Assembly: GCA_963665775.2 (NCBI GenBank)
Contig: CAXXTF010000002.1
Location: 896,001-960,000, forward strand
DNA length: 64,000 nt
DNA from: Dehalococcoidia bacterium
GTDB taxonomy: Bacteria > Chloroflexota > Dehalococcoidia > SM23-28-2 > RBG-16-64-32
Direction of reading: 5' to 3'
Below the pieces are notes generated by a model, which saw only the letters and a program-made list of their open reading frames with translations, had not been told where the DNA came from and ran no database searches. The position numbers and the translations under genes are program-made. This document shows positions 37,411 to 47,875 of the stretch, one piece after another. Within the stretch, counting starts at the first letter, position 1, and each line of letters begins with the position of its first letter.

Positions 37411-38136
37411 ATGTACGATCTCAAGACCATCACACCGGCGCAGACGACGGAGCTTGGGAACGCTCTCAGCGGGCTGGGCTCAGGGGCCCAAAGCATGGAA
37501 GAAGCGGCCAACAGGATTGTTCGCCACCTTCAGGAAAATCTGATTGACGCGCAGAGTGGCCAGAAGTCGTGCGCGCTGGTCCGTTTCTACAAGTCGCACC
37601 CGTACGTAGAACTGGATGAGGGCCTTCAGGAGTTCGCCCGTGGGGTGCTGGGCGCGACCCCCGAGTCACCAGACATGAAGTGCCTGACCCTACTGGCAAC
37701 AGTCGGAGATCAACCACAGTGGAACTCGAGGGCGAACTCACAAGGACACAAGGCCATCCCGCTGGCCAGCGAGCAGGTGATCGCATCGATACCGATGATT
37801 TCACGACTCGTCAGTCAGTTTGGACTAGATGTGAGCGCTGTGGTGAAGCCAGAGCCCGGTCTCATTGGCGACCTCGCGCAGAAGACGTATAACACTTTCT
37901 ATATAGAGTAAGCGGCGGGAAGTCAATACATACCGGCCCAAGACGAGTTCGTGATTCCGTTCGGCATACAGTCGGCGCTTGGCTTCGGCGGCATACTGAC
38001 CTCCGGGGAGCTCTTCGCGGTCATCATGTTCTCCAAGACTCCCATCCCTGCGGCGACCGCTGAGAACCTCAAGGCTCTAGCGCCAAAGGTAAAGGAGGCG
38101 GTGCTGTCGTTCGTGGGCGCAAAGGTTTTCGCCTGA
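37411..38136 (+). pseudogene. Conserved GAF-like sensor-type domain protein split by an in-frame TAA at 37909-37911
   Basis: ...YNTFYIE*AAGSQYIPAQDEFVIPFGIQSALGFGG... continues in the same frame. Confidence 0.8.
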
Positions 38137-38446
38137 GCCGAGCACTCTCCTCCGGATGAGCAAATGTCGCAGGGCGAACCGGACCACGCGGGTAGTCACT
38201 ACCTAGGGGCGACCCGGCGCGCCCTCGCTGTCCCCAGGCTTCACCTGGAGACTGTTGGCACGACAGGGAGGAGCTTCGCCCCCTGCTTTGCATGCTAGCC
38301 CTTAGTTGGTATCATTGAGCGGAAGCGGGCCAGAGTTGGCCTCCAACCAGGCAGGCTCATGACCACTTCGACCGTGCGCAGCTGGCATGACTAGTCCATC
38401 CAGGACGGGTCTCGAGTTCGAGTTCCATTTCTCGTGCCGTACTTCT

Positions 38447-38535
38447 GCCGAAGTGGCGGAATTGGCAGACGCGGCAGACTCAAAATCTGCTGAGGGGTAA
38501 CCTTCGTGCCGGTTCGAGTCCGGCCTTCGGCACCA
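38447..38535 (+). tRNA. tRNA-Leu (CAA)
   Basis: GCCGAAG/CTTCGGC acceptor stem, anticodon loop CTCAAAA, long variable arm, GTTCGAGTC, encoded CCA. Confidence 0.97.
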
Positions 38536-38560
38536 CACAACTGCATAGCACCCAGTCCAG

Positions 38561-38634
38561 TGCGGAGTGGTGTAACGGTAGCACACGGGACTTTGGATCC
38601 CATAGTCCAGGTTCGAATCCTGGCTCCGCAGCCA
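38561..38634 (+). tRNA. tRNA-Gln (TTG)
   Basis: TGCGGAG/CTCCGCA, loop CTTTGGA, GTTCGAATCC, CCA. Confidence 0.97.
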
Positions 38635-38654
38635 GATGACTTGGGTCAACGCGC

Positions 38655-38729
38655 TCCCCGGTAGCTCAACGGTAGAGCGGGCGGCTGTTAACCGCTAGGT
38701 TGTAGGTTCGAATCCTGCCCGGGGAGCCA
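38655..38729 (+). tRNA. tRNA-Asn (GTT)
   Basis: TCCCCGG/CCGGGGA, loop CTGTTAA, GTTCGAATCC, CCA. Confidence 0.97.
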
Positions 38730-39119
38730 GTTCACCAGCCAGGAGTTTACCCAGGTCCTTCAGGACCGCGGTGTGAAGATCAGCATGAACGGGAAGGGAA
38801 GGTATGCGGACAACATCTTCGTGGAGCGGCTGTGGCGCACGGTGAAGTACGAGGAGGTGTACCTGAAAGCCTACGCCAGCGCGGGGGAGGCCCGGAGGGA
38901 ACTGGGAGCTTACTTCCGGTTCTATAATGACCAGAGGCTCCATCAGGCCCTGGGATACCGGACCCCAGGCGAGGTGTTCAGCGAGGCCACGGCCCTCCGG
39001 GAGGAAGAGTCGAAGAAGAGGAGGTGTTCACCGGAACCAGTGGTGGTATCATCGGCAGAAGTGGCGGGACTCTCACTTAACTCCGCCCCAATTCTGTCCA
39101 ACTGACTGGGTCCACCTCA
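38722..39119 (+). mobile_element. IS3-family remnant: 3' part of the transposase and right end
   Basis: GSQFTSQEF...ISMNGKGRYADNIFVERLWRTVKYE...YNDQRLHQALGYRTP; terminal CTGTCCAACTGACTGGGTCCACCTCA. Confidence 0.9.
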
Positions 39120-39331
39120 CTTTCCAAACAGCCTGGTGTCCTGCGGGTGCGGGAGATCACCTCGCCGCAGCCGGACGGGACGGCGGCCGGCAGGTCGCCC
39201 GCCTGCGACGGCAACAGGACCAGTGGAGGACAGGCGCCGTCCCGATAGGCGCCCGCACCGCTGAGGTCAAGCGAGGCCACGCGACCGGCCATGCACTGAG
39301 AAGACCACTCCCCCACAGGAAGAAGACACAG

Positions 39332-42300
39332 ATGATTCAAGGAAGGCTGTTCAGGGCGTCGGCTGTTGCCTTCGCGATGGTAGCCGTCACGTTCTTCGCG
39401 GTGTTCGGCTCCGGGGCGTCCGCCGATGAGGAGGAGGTCAAGACTCGGGACCAGGGTCAGGACGAGGCTGTGACGCTCCCGGAGAACCAGGCTCCGGCCA
39501 TCCCAGAGAAGCAAGGACAAAGATACCCCAACCTCGGCTCCCACTTGGACCGACTGGTGATCCAGGTCGAGGCGGGAGAAGCCTCCGTTCAAGACGCCGC
39601 CGAAGGCGCTGCGATGCCCGGGGGAGGAACGGTGGCAGTGACCATCCACCTCTCCGGCAACGTGGATGAGGTCGTTAGGTTCCTGGAGGACAACGGGGGC
39701 GACCCGCGCAACGTGGGTGAGGACTACATCGAGTCATACGTGCCGGTTACCTTGTTGAGACGGGTCTCGCAGCAGGCGGGCGTCATACGTGTGCGGGAAA
39801 TCGTCGTGGCGGAGCCGGACCAGAGTCCCTCGCGGGTGGCCGGGCACGGCCCGCCCGTGCACGGCTCCGCGGCCTGGAACAAGGTCGGATACGCCGGGCA
39901 GGGCGTCAAGGTAGGGATAATCGACGGTGACTTCAGGGGCCTGAGCAGCCTCATGGGAACCGACCTGCCGACGACGGTGGTCGCCCGCTGCTACACGGAT
40001 GTCGGCGTGTTCTCCAAGAATCTCGCCGACTGCGAGGCGGTCAGTGACGAGACTGTTTACCTCCCGTTCCCGGAATGTGGCGAAGCTGTTCAGCGCAGCA
40101 GCGTCCGCGATGCCGGTCATGGCACGATAGTTTCCGAGGCGATCATTGACATAGCTCCGGAGGTGTCACTGTACATCGCCAACCCACAATCAAAGGCAGA
40201 CATGCAAGATGTCGTTGAGTGGATGGCATCTGAAGGTGTAGCGGTTATCAACCAATCACAGAATTGGTTCCTTGATGGTCCCGGCGATGGCACTTCGCCA
40301 CGCAGCAACAGTCCGCTACGGACCGTGGATCTGGCCGTGGCCCGCGACATCACTTGGGTCAACTCAACTGGCAATACTGCTCGGAATACCTGGTTTGGGG
40401 GCTACGAGGACCCGGACGGCGATAGGATCATCAGCTTCGCGAGCGGCCTGAATGGCGAATTTCTCGATATCCCTGTCGGGGAGTGCAGGAGGTATACCGT
40501 TCAGCTGCGGTGGGAAGACACCTGGAACGGAACGAGTACGGATCTCGACCTATATCTTTACGACAAGCGATCTGGCGAACTCATTCCAGCAATGTCCAGC
40601 CGGGATGAACAATCGGGAGAAAGTGGTCATGAACCATTTGAATGGTTGCGATTCTGGTCCAGGACTGACAGCGATGATCTTAGTCTAGTAGTATACCACC
40701 ACGGTGGCGACGCGCCCGACTGGATTCAGTTGATGGTATGGGGAACCGCGTCTATCGAGCACTACACCAAAAGCGGCAGCATTGGGAACCCGTCGGAGAG
40801 CGCGAATCCCGGTTTGTTGGCGGTGGGCGCAGCCCATTGGGACGACGTTCGCGCCATCGAACCCTATAGCAGCCGCGGTCCAACCCCCGACGGGAGGGTT
40901 AAGCCCGACGTCGTCGGAGCGGACTGCGGAGCAACGGCGCTGGAACCTCTGAATGAGTACAACCAAGGATTCTGCGGCACCAGCCAGGCGGCGCCCCACG
41001 TGGCCGGTATGGCGGCCCTTGTACGCCAGCGGTTCCCAGGTTACACCCCTGCCCAAGTGGCCGGGTACCTGAAAGACACTGCCCAGCAGCGCCAGAGCCC
41101 CGACCCCAATAACACCTGGGGGCACGGATTCGCCAAGCTCCCGGCGCCCGACGGGTCAGTGTCCACGGTGCCGACGCCGTCCAATGCCTTTACCCGGAAT
41201 CTTGCGGCGGAATTCGACACATTGACCGGCGCTTTCAATTGGACGCCACAGGGCATCTGGTCCGACGGGACGACGATGTGGGTGGCGGACTGGCTCGACG
41301 CTAAGCTCTACGCATACCACGCGGTGACCAAAGCGCGGGTCCCCGGCAGGGACTTCGATACGCTGGCGGCCGCCGGCAACACTTGGCCGAGTGGCATCTG
41401 GTCCGACGGGACGACGATGTGGGTGGCGGACTGGCTTGACCAAGAGATTTACGCCTACGACATCGCGTCCAAGGCGCGGGTCCCCGGAAAGGAGTTCAAC
41501 ACCCTGGAAGCTGCCGGCAACGCTTGGCCGCAGGGAATCTGGTCCGATGGGACGACGATGTACGTCGCGGACTTCGCCGACGAGAAGATCTACGCCTACG
41601 ACATGGAGACGAGGGCGAGGGTTCCCGGCAAGGACTACGATACCTTGAGGGCCGCTAGAAACAGGTCTCCGCGTGGCATCTGGTCTGACGGGACGACGAT
41701 GTGGGTGGCGGACTCGGATAAGGAGAAGGTCTACGCCTACGACGTGGCGACGCGGGCACGGGTTTCCGGCAGGGAGTTCAATACCCTGGAAGCTGCCGGT
41801 AACTGGGGACCGCGAGGCATCTGGTCCGACGGGACGACGATGTGGGTGGCGGACTTCACGGGCACTGAAGAGACGATATACGCCTACTCCATGCTGAAAG
41901 AATCTGCCGCGGACAAGGGAGAGCTGATTGCCTTCTACAACGCCACCGGCGGCACTGGCTGGACGAACAACGCCAACTGGCTGACGAGCTCACCAATGGG
42001 CCACTGGCACGGCGTAACCATCGACGACGATGGCCGCGTCACTCGACTGGATCTCCACAATAACCAACTGAGCGGGAATATACCGTCGGAGTTGGGCAAC
42101 CTCTCCAATCTAAGAGAGCTGGTACTGAGCGAAAATCAGTTGACCGGGTCTGTCCCAACGTGGCTGGGGAACCTCGCCAACTTGACGGTGCTGAGCTTGG
42201 GGGGCAATCAACTGACGGGGGAGATACCGACTGAGTTGGGGAGCCTCTCCAACTTGACGGTGCTGAGCCTCTCAGACAACCAGTTGACCGGGTGTATCCC

Positions 42301-43147
42301 GGTCGGCATCGCGGGCGTGGCGAACAATGACCTCGATCAGATTGGCCTACCGTTCTGTGGGGGTTCGCAAGGGGCTCCAAGCATAAACTCGATCACTACT
42401 GGAGCTAATTTCCTCACCGTCACCTGGACTGCGCCGGGCGTCTCCGGTGGATCGGCGATCATCGCCTATGACCTGCGGTATATCCAAAGCGACGCCACCG
42501 ATAAGTCCGACGCCCGCTGGGCCGTTGTGGATAATGCGTGGACTACCGGCTCCGGCCCTCTGAGTTACCAACTATCGGGTCTCACCACCATTACCCAATA
42601 CGACTTGCAGATACGGGCAGTCACCGCCACCGGTGATGGCCCCTGGTCTTCCACTGCCACCGGAACGCCGACCCCGCCCACGGGCGCGAGCGCCACCCGG
42701 TCCTTCTCCGCAGCCTGGGTAGCGCCGGGCGGGACGTTGACGGTGACCATCACGGCGGACAACTACGGGAGTCTGGGCAGGATCGTCGAGGACGTTCCTG
42801 CCGGGTTCACCACCGAGGACGGCAGCCAGACGGTCATCATCAGGCTGCTGGCCGCAGGACCTCAGACCAGCACCTACACCGTTACCGCCTCCGACGTGGA
42901 GGGTTCCTATACTTTCTCCGGCACCCTGCGGGATGATGAAAGGAACAATCATGCGGTTGGTGGCGATACCACGGTGACGGTGTCCTCTGGGGACCCGCTG
43001 GTTGCGAGGTACGACGCCAACAACAACGGGACGATTGAAAAGAACGAGGTCATAACGGCCATAAACGACTATCTGTTTGGTGTGGGCGACGCCGCCATCA
43101 GCAAGGCAGACGTGATAGAGGTCATCAACCTCTACCTATTCGGTTGA
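39332..43147 (+). CDS. Large secreted S8 (subtilisin-like) protease with propeller repeats, LRR, FN3, Ig/cohesin-like and EF-hand/dockerin-like domains
   Basis: Signal peptide; triad GIIDG / GHGT / GTSQAAPHVAG; 5x GIWSDGTTM(W/Y)VAD; LRR NQLxGxIP; FN3 LTVTWTAP; YDANNNGTIEKNEV. Confidence 0.92.
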   Translation: MIQGRLFRASAVAFAMVAVTFFAVFGSGASADEEEVKTRDQGQDEAVTLPENQAPAIPEKQGQRYPNLGSHLDRLVIQVEAGEASVQDAAEGAAMPGGGTVAVTIHLSGNVDEVVRFLEDNGGDPRNVGEDYIESYVPVTLLRRVSQQAGVIRVREIVVAEPDQSPSRVAGHGPPVHGSAAWNKVGYAGQGVKVGIIDGDFRGLSSLMGTDLPTTVVARCYTDVGVFSKNLADCEAVSDETVYLPFPECGEAVQRSSVRDAGHGTIVSEAIIDIAPEVSLYIANPQSKADMQDVVEWMASEGVAVINQSQNWFLDGPGDGTSPRSNSPLRTVDLAVARDITWVNSTGNTARNTWFGGYEDPDGDRIISFASGLNGEFLDIPVGECRRYTVQLRWEDTWNGTSTDLDLYLYDKRSGELIPAMSSRDEQSGESGHEPFEWLRFWSRTDSDDLSLVVYHHGGDAPDWIQLMVWGTASIEHYTKSGSIGNPSESANPGLLAVGAAHWDDVRAIEPYSSRGPTPDGRVKPDVVGADCGATALEPLNEYNQGFCGTSQAAPHVAGMAALVRQRFPGYTPAQVAGYLKDTAQQRQSPDPNNTWGHGFAKLPAPDGSVSTVPTPSNAFTRNLAAEFDTLTGAFNWTPQGIWSDGTTMWVADWLDAKLYAYHAVTKARVPGRDFDTLAAAGNTWPSGIWSDGTTMWVADWLDQEIYAYDIASKARVPGKEFNTLEAAGNAWPQGIWSDGTTMYVADFADEKIYAYDMETRARVPGKDYDTLRAARNRSPRGIWSDGTTMWVADSDKEKVYAYDVATRARVSGREFNTLEAAGNWGPRGIWSDGTTMWVADFTGTEETIYAYSMLKESAADKGELIAFYNATGGTGWTNNANWLTSSPMGHWHGVTIDDDGRVTRLDLHNNQLSGNIPSELGNLSNLRELVLSENQLTGSVPTWLGNLANLTVLSLGGNQLTGEIPTELGSLSNLTVLSLSDNQLTGCIPVGIAGVANNDLDQIGLPFCGGSQGAPSINSITTGANFLTVTWTAPGVSGGSAIIAYDLRYIQSDATDKSDARWAVVDNAWTTGSGPLSYQLSGLTTITQYDLQIRAVTATGDGPWSSTATGTPTPPTGASATRSFSAAWVAPGGTLTVTITADNYGSLGRIVEDVPAGFTTEDGSQTVIIRLLAAGPQTSTYTVTASDVEGSYTFSGTLRDDERNNHAVGGDTTVTVSSGDPLVARYDANNNGTIEKNEVITAINDYLFGVGDAAISKADVIEVINLYLFG
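41205..41890 (+). repeat. Five ~141-bp coding repeats (47-aa GIWSDGTTMWVAD units)
   Basis: ATCTGGTC(C/T)GA(C/T)GGGACGACGATG recurs at 141-bp spacing. Confidence 0.9.
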
Positions 43148-43167
43148 TTCGGGTCCAGTCAGGTATC

Positions 43168-43201
43168 GGGAGGGGGTTCCTCCGTCACGGATCCCCCTCC
43201 C
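43168..43201 (+). terminator. Hairpin after the protease gene
   Basis: GGGAGGGGG.TCC / GGATCCCCCTCCC. Confidence 0.6.
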
Positions 43202-43218
43202 AGAACGTCACCTAACAA

Positions 43219-43455
43219 ATGAGGAAGAACTTGGTATTGAGAATCGCGTGGGCGGCAATGATGGTCACGGTCACAGCGGGCATGGTGGCCGTGGTGAGCA
43301 TCTTGTCCGCGGCCGCGCAGTCGGCTTCCGGCGCCAGCCGGAGCTTCGATTCGGCGTCGGTCGACCCCAGCGGAGAGGTGGCGGTGATGGTCACCACCAC
43401 CTACTACGGCTAGGCCAGAGGCGTCACCGAGACCCTGCCCGCGGGCTTCGCATGA
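43219..43455 (+). pseudogene. N-terminal remnant of a secreted protein carrying the same ATRSF-type domain as the protease
   Basis: Signal peptide + ASRSFDSASVDPSGEVAVMVTTTYYG*ARGVTETLPAGFA*. Confidence 0.75.
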
Positions 43456-43748
43456 TGCGGTAGAACTGGGACTAACTACAGGTACAGCACCAGGGTCAAG
43501 GTGAAAGTTCTTGATTTTATCAAGTTTGGTGGGCCTAAGTGTACTGAAGCTAGCACCGTCTTCGAGCTTTGGCTGGGCGGGTTGGGCGGCCGTGCCGGAC
43601 GATAGGCTGTACCAACTTCTTGATGTGGCGGGCCGGACTGTGAGCGAACATTCGCAGTTCACAAAAGACACGAATCGCTCAGGTACTGGTGGGTAGTGGA
43701 CTTGAAGTACTACATGGCACGCGTGGCAGGCCCGCAACAAAATGGGGC

Positions 43749-45410
43749 TCAGAGGCGTACTCCGCCGGTCTTCTGAATTCTGAATGCGTGGGACGACACG
43801 TGCCCAACAAACAGCCCGCTCTTGTCCTCACCCCTGGCTAATTCGGCCACCCTCGCAAGGTCCGAGTCTGAAGTACGCACTCCGCCGTAGATTTCCTTGA
43901 TGGCCTCCGGCGGAACATCGACCACTTTGATCGGCCAGCCGTTGTCATCTTTCTGCCCAGTATCTCGCGCCTCCTGCAGATCCACCAGCAGTCTGCCCTC
44001 TCTTTCGTATTCCCACGATGGACCCTTTACGAACAGTAGCCGGCACAGGGCTTGCCAGTCTGCTCCTAGCTGCGTGAGCTCCACAGTTCCTAGAATCGGT
44101 GTTCCATTTCGAGTTCTGCCCGCCCTGGTGTCCTGGTCCATTCGCTCACGATCAGCAAAACGTAACTGAATGACATCGCCCTTTGTCGGCTCGTACACAG
44201 GGGCAATCTCCGTGTAACTCACCTGTCTCAATTCAAAGCCGAGGCTCCTCAAGACTTCCGTATCGTAGCCAACGACTATCCCTGTGTTGAGGGCATAGTG
44301 CGTCCACATCGTCGGGACCGATACGTCCGTGCTCAAGGAGACGACCCCCACAAGAGGATTCAGGGATTCCTGAATGAAGGTCGATAGTCTCAGGTCACCG
44401 AAACGGAGCGCCCGTTCCATGAGCTCCTCTTCCGCCACCTCCACTCCCAGACATTCCTTCAATCTTGACTGCACCCGGGCGATGAAATCGAGAGCATCCA
44501 TCTTCTGGCCGCGCATCGTTATGACATTGCATTCCATGTCGTCGTTCAGGGCCAGCAGTTGGGTTGCCCGCAGGCTGTTCGGCGCCCCTCTGCCAATGTT
44601 CTTCTTGGGTATGTACTTGTACAGGACGCCTGGAACGTCAGCCCTGCCCTCTGCCAGCCTATCCGCGCACTCTTGGAACTGGAACGTTTGGAGCCAGTGG
44701 ACCATGAGACCACGCAAGTTTGACTGCACCCACATGCGGCCCCTTTCGCTCCGAGAGGCTAGCGAACGCCAGGTTGAGGCTGCGTTAGCCGCCGCTCTCA
44801 ACCTGACCGGTTCGCTAAAGGCGTGGTAGCGTCCGTCGACCTGGCAGTAGAATCCTTCTTGCTCAGATGGTTCTATAAGAGCTTCGACGCCTGCGTCTCC
44901 GTTTGCCCTCGGAGCATTCTGTGAATTGGCCAACCTCTGGCGCAGTCGCTGGACGTAATCCTGGTGTCTGACGTTTGGAGACTTGCTTGCCCGGCTGGCC
45001 GTCTCGCCTTGCAAGCCGAAGTCAGAACAGAACACGGCGTAGTCTTGACCCTTCGATCCGCGGCAGTCGCAGTCGTCAGACAAGGTCTCGCACCACGGGT
45101 AAGGACCCTGAGCCAACCGAAACTCGTGGTCGTCCCAACCCTTTGGGAAGCTGTCCTGAATGGATTCCCAGTTCTCGATGTTGTGGACACGCTCGGACAG
45201 CTTAGTAGATATCTCAAAAGAGAAAAGGCGCGGGCGTATCGGCACCGGTGAGTCGGGATTCTCTCCGCCAAGTCGACTTTGGAAGAAAGTCTTGGCCTGC
45301 TCCAGCGACCACCCCGACGCCTGGAGCTTAATCCACATCTGATTACTTTCAAGGGCTATTTCGTAGAGGTGATGCTTCATTGGTTCCCATCCACGAACGA
45401 GGTTCCGCAT
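43749..45410 (-). CDS. DUF2971-like protein with a long Cys-containing N-terminal extension
   Basis: LYKY, LNDDMEC, GVVSLST..VPTMWTHYA..TGIVVGYD, KGPSWEYEREGR. Confidence 0.75.
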   Translation of the reverse strand: MRNLVRGWEPMKHHLYEIALESNQMWIKLQASGWSLEQAKTFFQSRLGGENPDSPVPIRPRLFSFEISTKLSERVHNIENWESIQDSFPKGWDDHEFRLAQGPYPWCETLSDDCDCRGSKGQDYAVFCSDFGLQGETASRASKSPNVRHQDYVQRLRQRLANSQNAPRANGDAGVEALIEPSEQEGFYCQVDGRYHAFSEPVRLRAAANAASTWRSLASRSERGRMWVQSNLRGLMVHWLQTFQFQECADRLAEGRADVPGVLYKYIPKKNIGRGAPNSLRATQLLALNDDMECNVITMRGQKMDALDFIARVQSRLKECLGVEVAEEELMERALRFGDLRLSTFIQESLNPLVGVVSLSTDVSVPTMWTHYALNTGIVVGYDTEVLRSLGFELRQVSYTEIAPVYEPTKGDVIQLRFADRERMDQDTRAGRTRNGTPILGTVELTQLGADWQALCRLLFVKGPSWEYEREGRLLVDLQEARDTGQKDDNGWPIKVVDVPPEAIKEIYGGVRTSDSDLARVAELARGEDKSGLFVGHVSSHAFRIQKTGGVRL

Positions 45411-45700
45411 ATGGGTCTGTCCGGTACAGTCCCAGACTCATCGCGGTGGTTGGTCTAGGGTCAGCATCGCTTTGGCACCGGTTAAGAGTCAACCGATGCG
45501 CGTCCTCCAGCGGGCCGTCCCTTCCAGCTCGGGGCACGATTTCCTGTTTCTTCGCAACCACCAACGTGTACGGTAGACAGGGCTATCTTCGAGATATGGC
45601 TGGGTGGCCTTGAGGATTCCCATACCGCCCTATAACCGTTTGGTGCAGGCGTCACTCGATATGACAGTAGAATCCCTGCCTGGCTAACTGTTCGACTAGG

Positions 45701-46708
45701 TCAATCATTAGAGTTGTGTTCCTTCTCCCCCTGCTCCTCCCCCTTCGCCATGCGGTAGCCGACCCTTGGCTCGGCGAAGAAGTAGGTGGGGTTGCTGGCA
45801 TCCTCGCCCAGCTTGCTGCGGAGCCGCTTCAGGTGCGTGCGGAGCGCCCCCAGATCGTCCGGCCTCTTGGCCCCCCAGAGCCTTCGTAGCAGCTCATCGT
45901 GGGTCAAGACCCGCCCGGCGTTGACCGACAGCTCGTAAAGGAGCTGATACTCCTTGGCCCTCAACGCCACCGGGCGGCCTGCAAGCGTGACCCGGCGCTC
46001 GGCGTAGTCGATGATGAGGTCGCCCAGCACGTAGGGCTCCGGCGGCTCGGATTGGGGATGGCCTCCACTCCGTCGCAGGGCCGCCCTCACCCTGGCCACC
46101 AGCTCGGTCGGCGAGAAAGGCTTGACGATGTAGTCCGAGGCTCCGGCCTCGAAGGCCCGCGCCACCACCCGGTCCCGGCCGTAGGCGGAGAGGAAGATCA
46201 CCGGCACGTCTGAAACGCCAAGGATGTCCCTCATCAGCTCGATGCCGTCGGAGCCGGGCAGCATCAGGTCAAGCAGGACGAGGTGCGGCCGGTTCTCCTC
46301 CATGAGCGGCAGGGCCTCCACCGGGTCGGCGGTCACTATCGCCCTGTAGCCCGCCTCGGACAGCGCCTTCCTCACGTACCGCAGCGTTTCGGGATCGTCG
46401 TCCACCACTAGGATCGACTCCGCCTCCGACTTCTCCTGTCGAGGGCCCTTGGCCGGCCGGTTGCGCTCCACGGCGGCCTCGTCGACCGCCGGTACAGTGA
46501 AGGTAAACCGCGCCCCCAGCCCCGGCCCGTCGCTCTCGGCCCGGATGCGCCCTCCGTAGGCCTCGACTATCCCCTTGCAGATGGCCAGGCCCAGGCCGGT
46601 GTCCCCTCCCGGGTCGTCGTCCTCGCGCTGGGAGAACTTGCGGAACAGGTGTGGCAGATGCTCGGTGGGTATGCCCCTGCCTTCGTCGGCAACCGAGACC
46701 GTGGCCAA
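45701..46708 (-). pseudogene. 5'-truncated hybrid protein: HATPase C-terminus fused to an OmpR-type receiver and wHTH
   Basis: Starts mid-HATPase (VSVADEGRGI, GLGLAICK); ILVVDDD, DLMLPGSDG, DYIVKPF, EPRVGYRM. Confidence 0.85.
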
Positions 46709-46832
46709 GGTGGGTGCCAGCCTGTCGATGGTCGGGAGGCCAACACCAGGCTCGCCTGTCTCATCGAGGGTCCCTGTCGTAAGTGGCTCGGTGGTGGGGG
46801 AATCAGGAAGTCCCGTGGAGTCCTTCGACCGC

Positions 46833-47672
46833 CTACTCCCGCATCATCTCGACGAAACGGTTGCCTATCTGCTCCGCGCCCCGTTGGTAGGAGACCGGCA
46901 CCCACCCCTCCGGGTCCTCGCGGATGCGCCCTGCCGTCTCGGGGTTTTCTTGCACATCCTCCCAAACGAGGGCCCAGCGCCTTTCTGTGGGGAAGAGGCT
47001 CTGTGGCGAGTCCGACGCTCCGCCGTCGTCCGCCGTCATGTCTTCTATCATCGGCCGGTCGTACTCAGAGACCTGCCGAACCGCCACGTTGGCATAGCCC
47101 TCCAAGAAGTCCAGCTCCAGGGCGCGGCTCTCCTCTATGGCATAGCGGTGTATTGCTTTCAGCTCTGCCGCCATCTCCCGGACGCGCCTCACGTGGGCCT
47201 CCCACGCCTCGATCACCCGCTCGTTGAGTTGCACGCCGCTCTCCTTGCCCACGGGCAAGCGCTGCTTTCCCCATACCCCCCAAACGTATTCTCGCCAGAG
47301 TTGCGCGGAGAGTTAAGGGCTTGCCCGGCCTTAGGTAGGAGTTTTCGATGAGCAGGGGGCGTGCGGCCTCATTGAAGACTATCGCCTCCTCTACCTCCAC
47401 CAGCGCCCGCTCGAACCATAGGATACGGTCCCGCATTAGGAGTTCCCTTTCCATGCCGTTTACCAGATGAGTGAGCGTCTCCAAGTTGGACTTTAGGATT
47501 TCGTAGCGGCTTACGATGGCGAGAGCGCCGGTTGCTCCCGGAACAAGTTCTCGATGACCAGGCGGGCCTTTTCCTCCGGCCATCCCGAAAGGGCTTCGAC
47601 TATGTCCTCCAAGCGCTTTTCCGGGGAAAGGGCTTCGACTATGTCCTCCAAGCGCTTTTCCAGTGATCCCAT
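46833..47672 (-). pseudogene. Helical hypothetical gene with multiple frameshifts
   Basis: Three successive plausible reading segments (MGSLEKRLEDIV..., AIVSRYEILKS..., VIEAWEAHVRRV...). Confidence 0.5.
47587..47661. repeat. Tandem duplication, 36-bp unit with 39-bp period
   Basis: GAAAGGGCTTCGACTATGTCCTCCAAGCGCTTTTCC at 47587 and 47626. Confidence 0.95.
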
Positions 47673-47875
47673 AACACCCCCCATCGGCAGCCTCATCGAC
47701 GGCCTCTGACCCTCGCGCACGGGCGCTCGTCGATGCTCATGAATAGACCCCCACGAGACCGAGCTGCTCAAATGCCCGCTCCACCCCTTCCCTTTGCGAG
47801 CGCAGGACCAGGATAGCCCTCTGTCTGGCTGTGAGGCCGTGACTGACCTTCTGGAGGCGGGTTGCAATCGACACG

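Noticed and set aside
38302-38943. Minus-strand ORFs 38302-38649 and 38695-38943
   Set aside because: They are antisense translations of the tRNAs and the IS3 remnant
41205-41890. Regularly spaced repeats resembling a CRISPR array
   Set aside because: The 141-bp period is in frame inside a protein and the intervening sequences are homologous to each other
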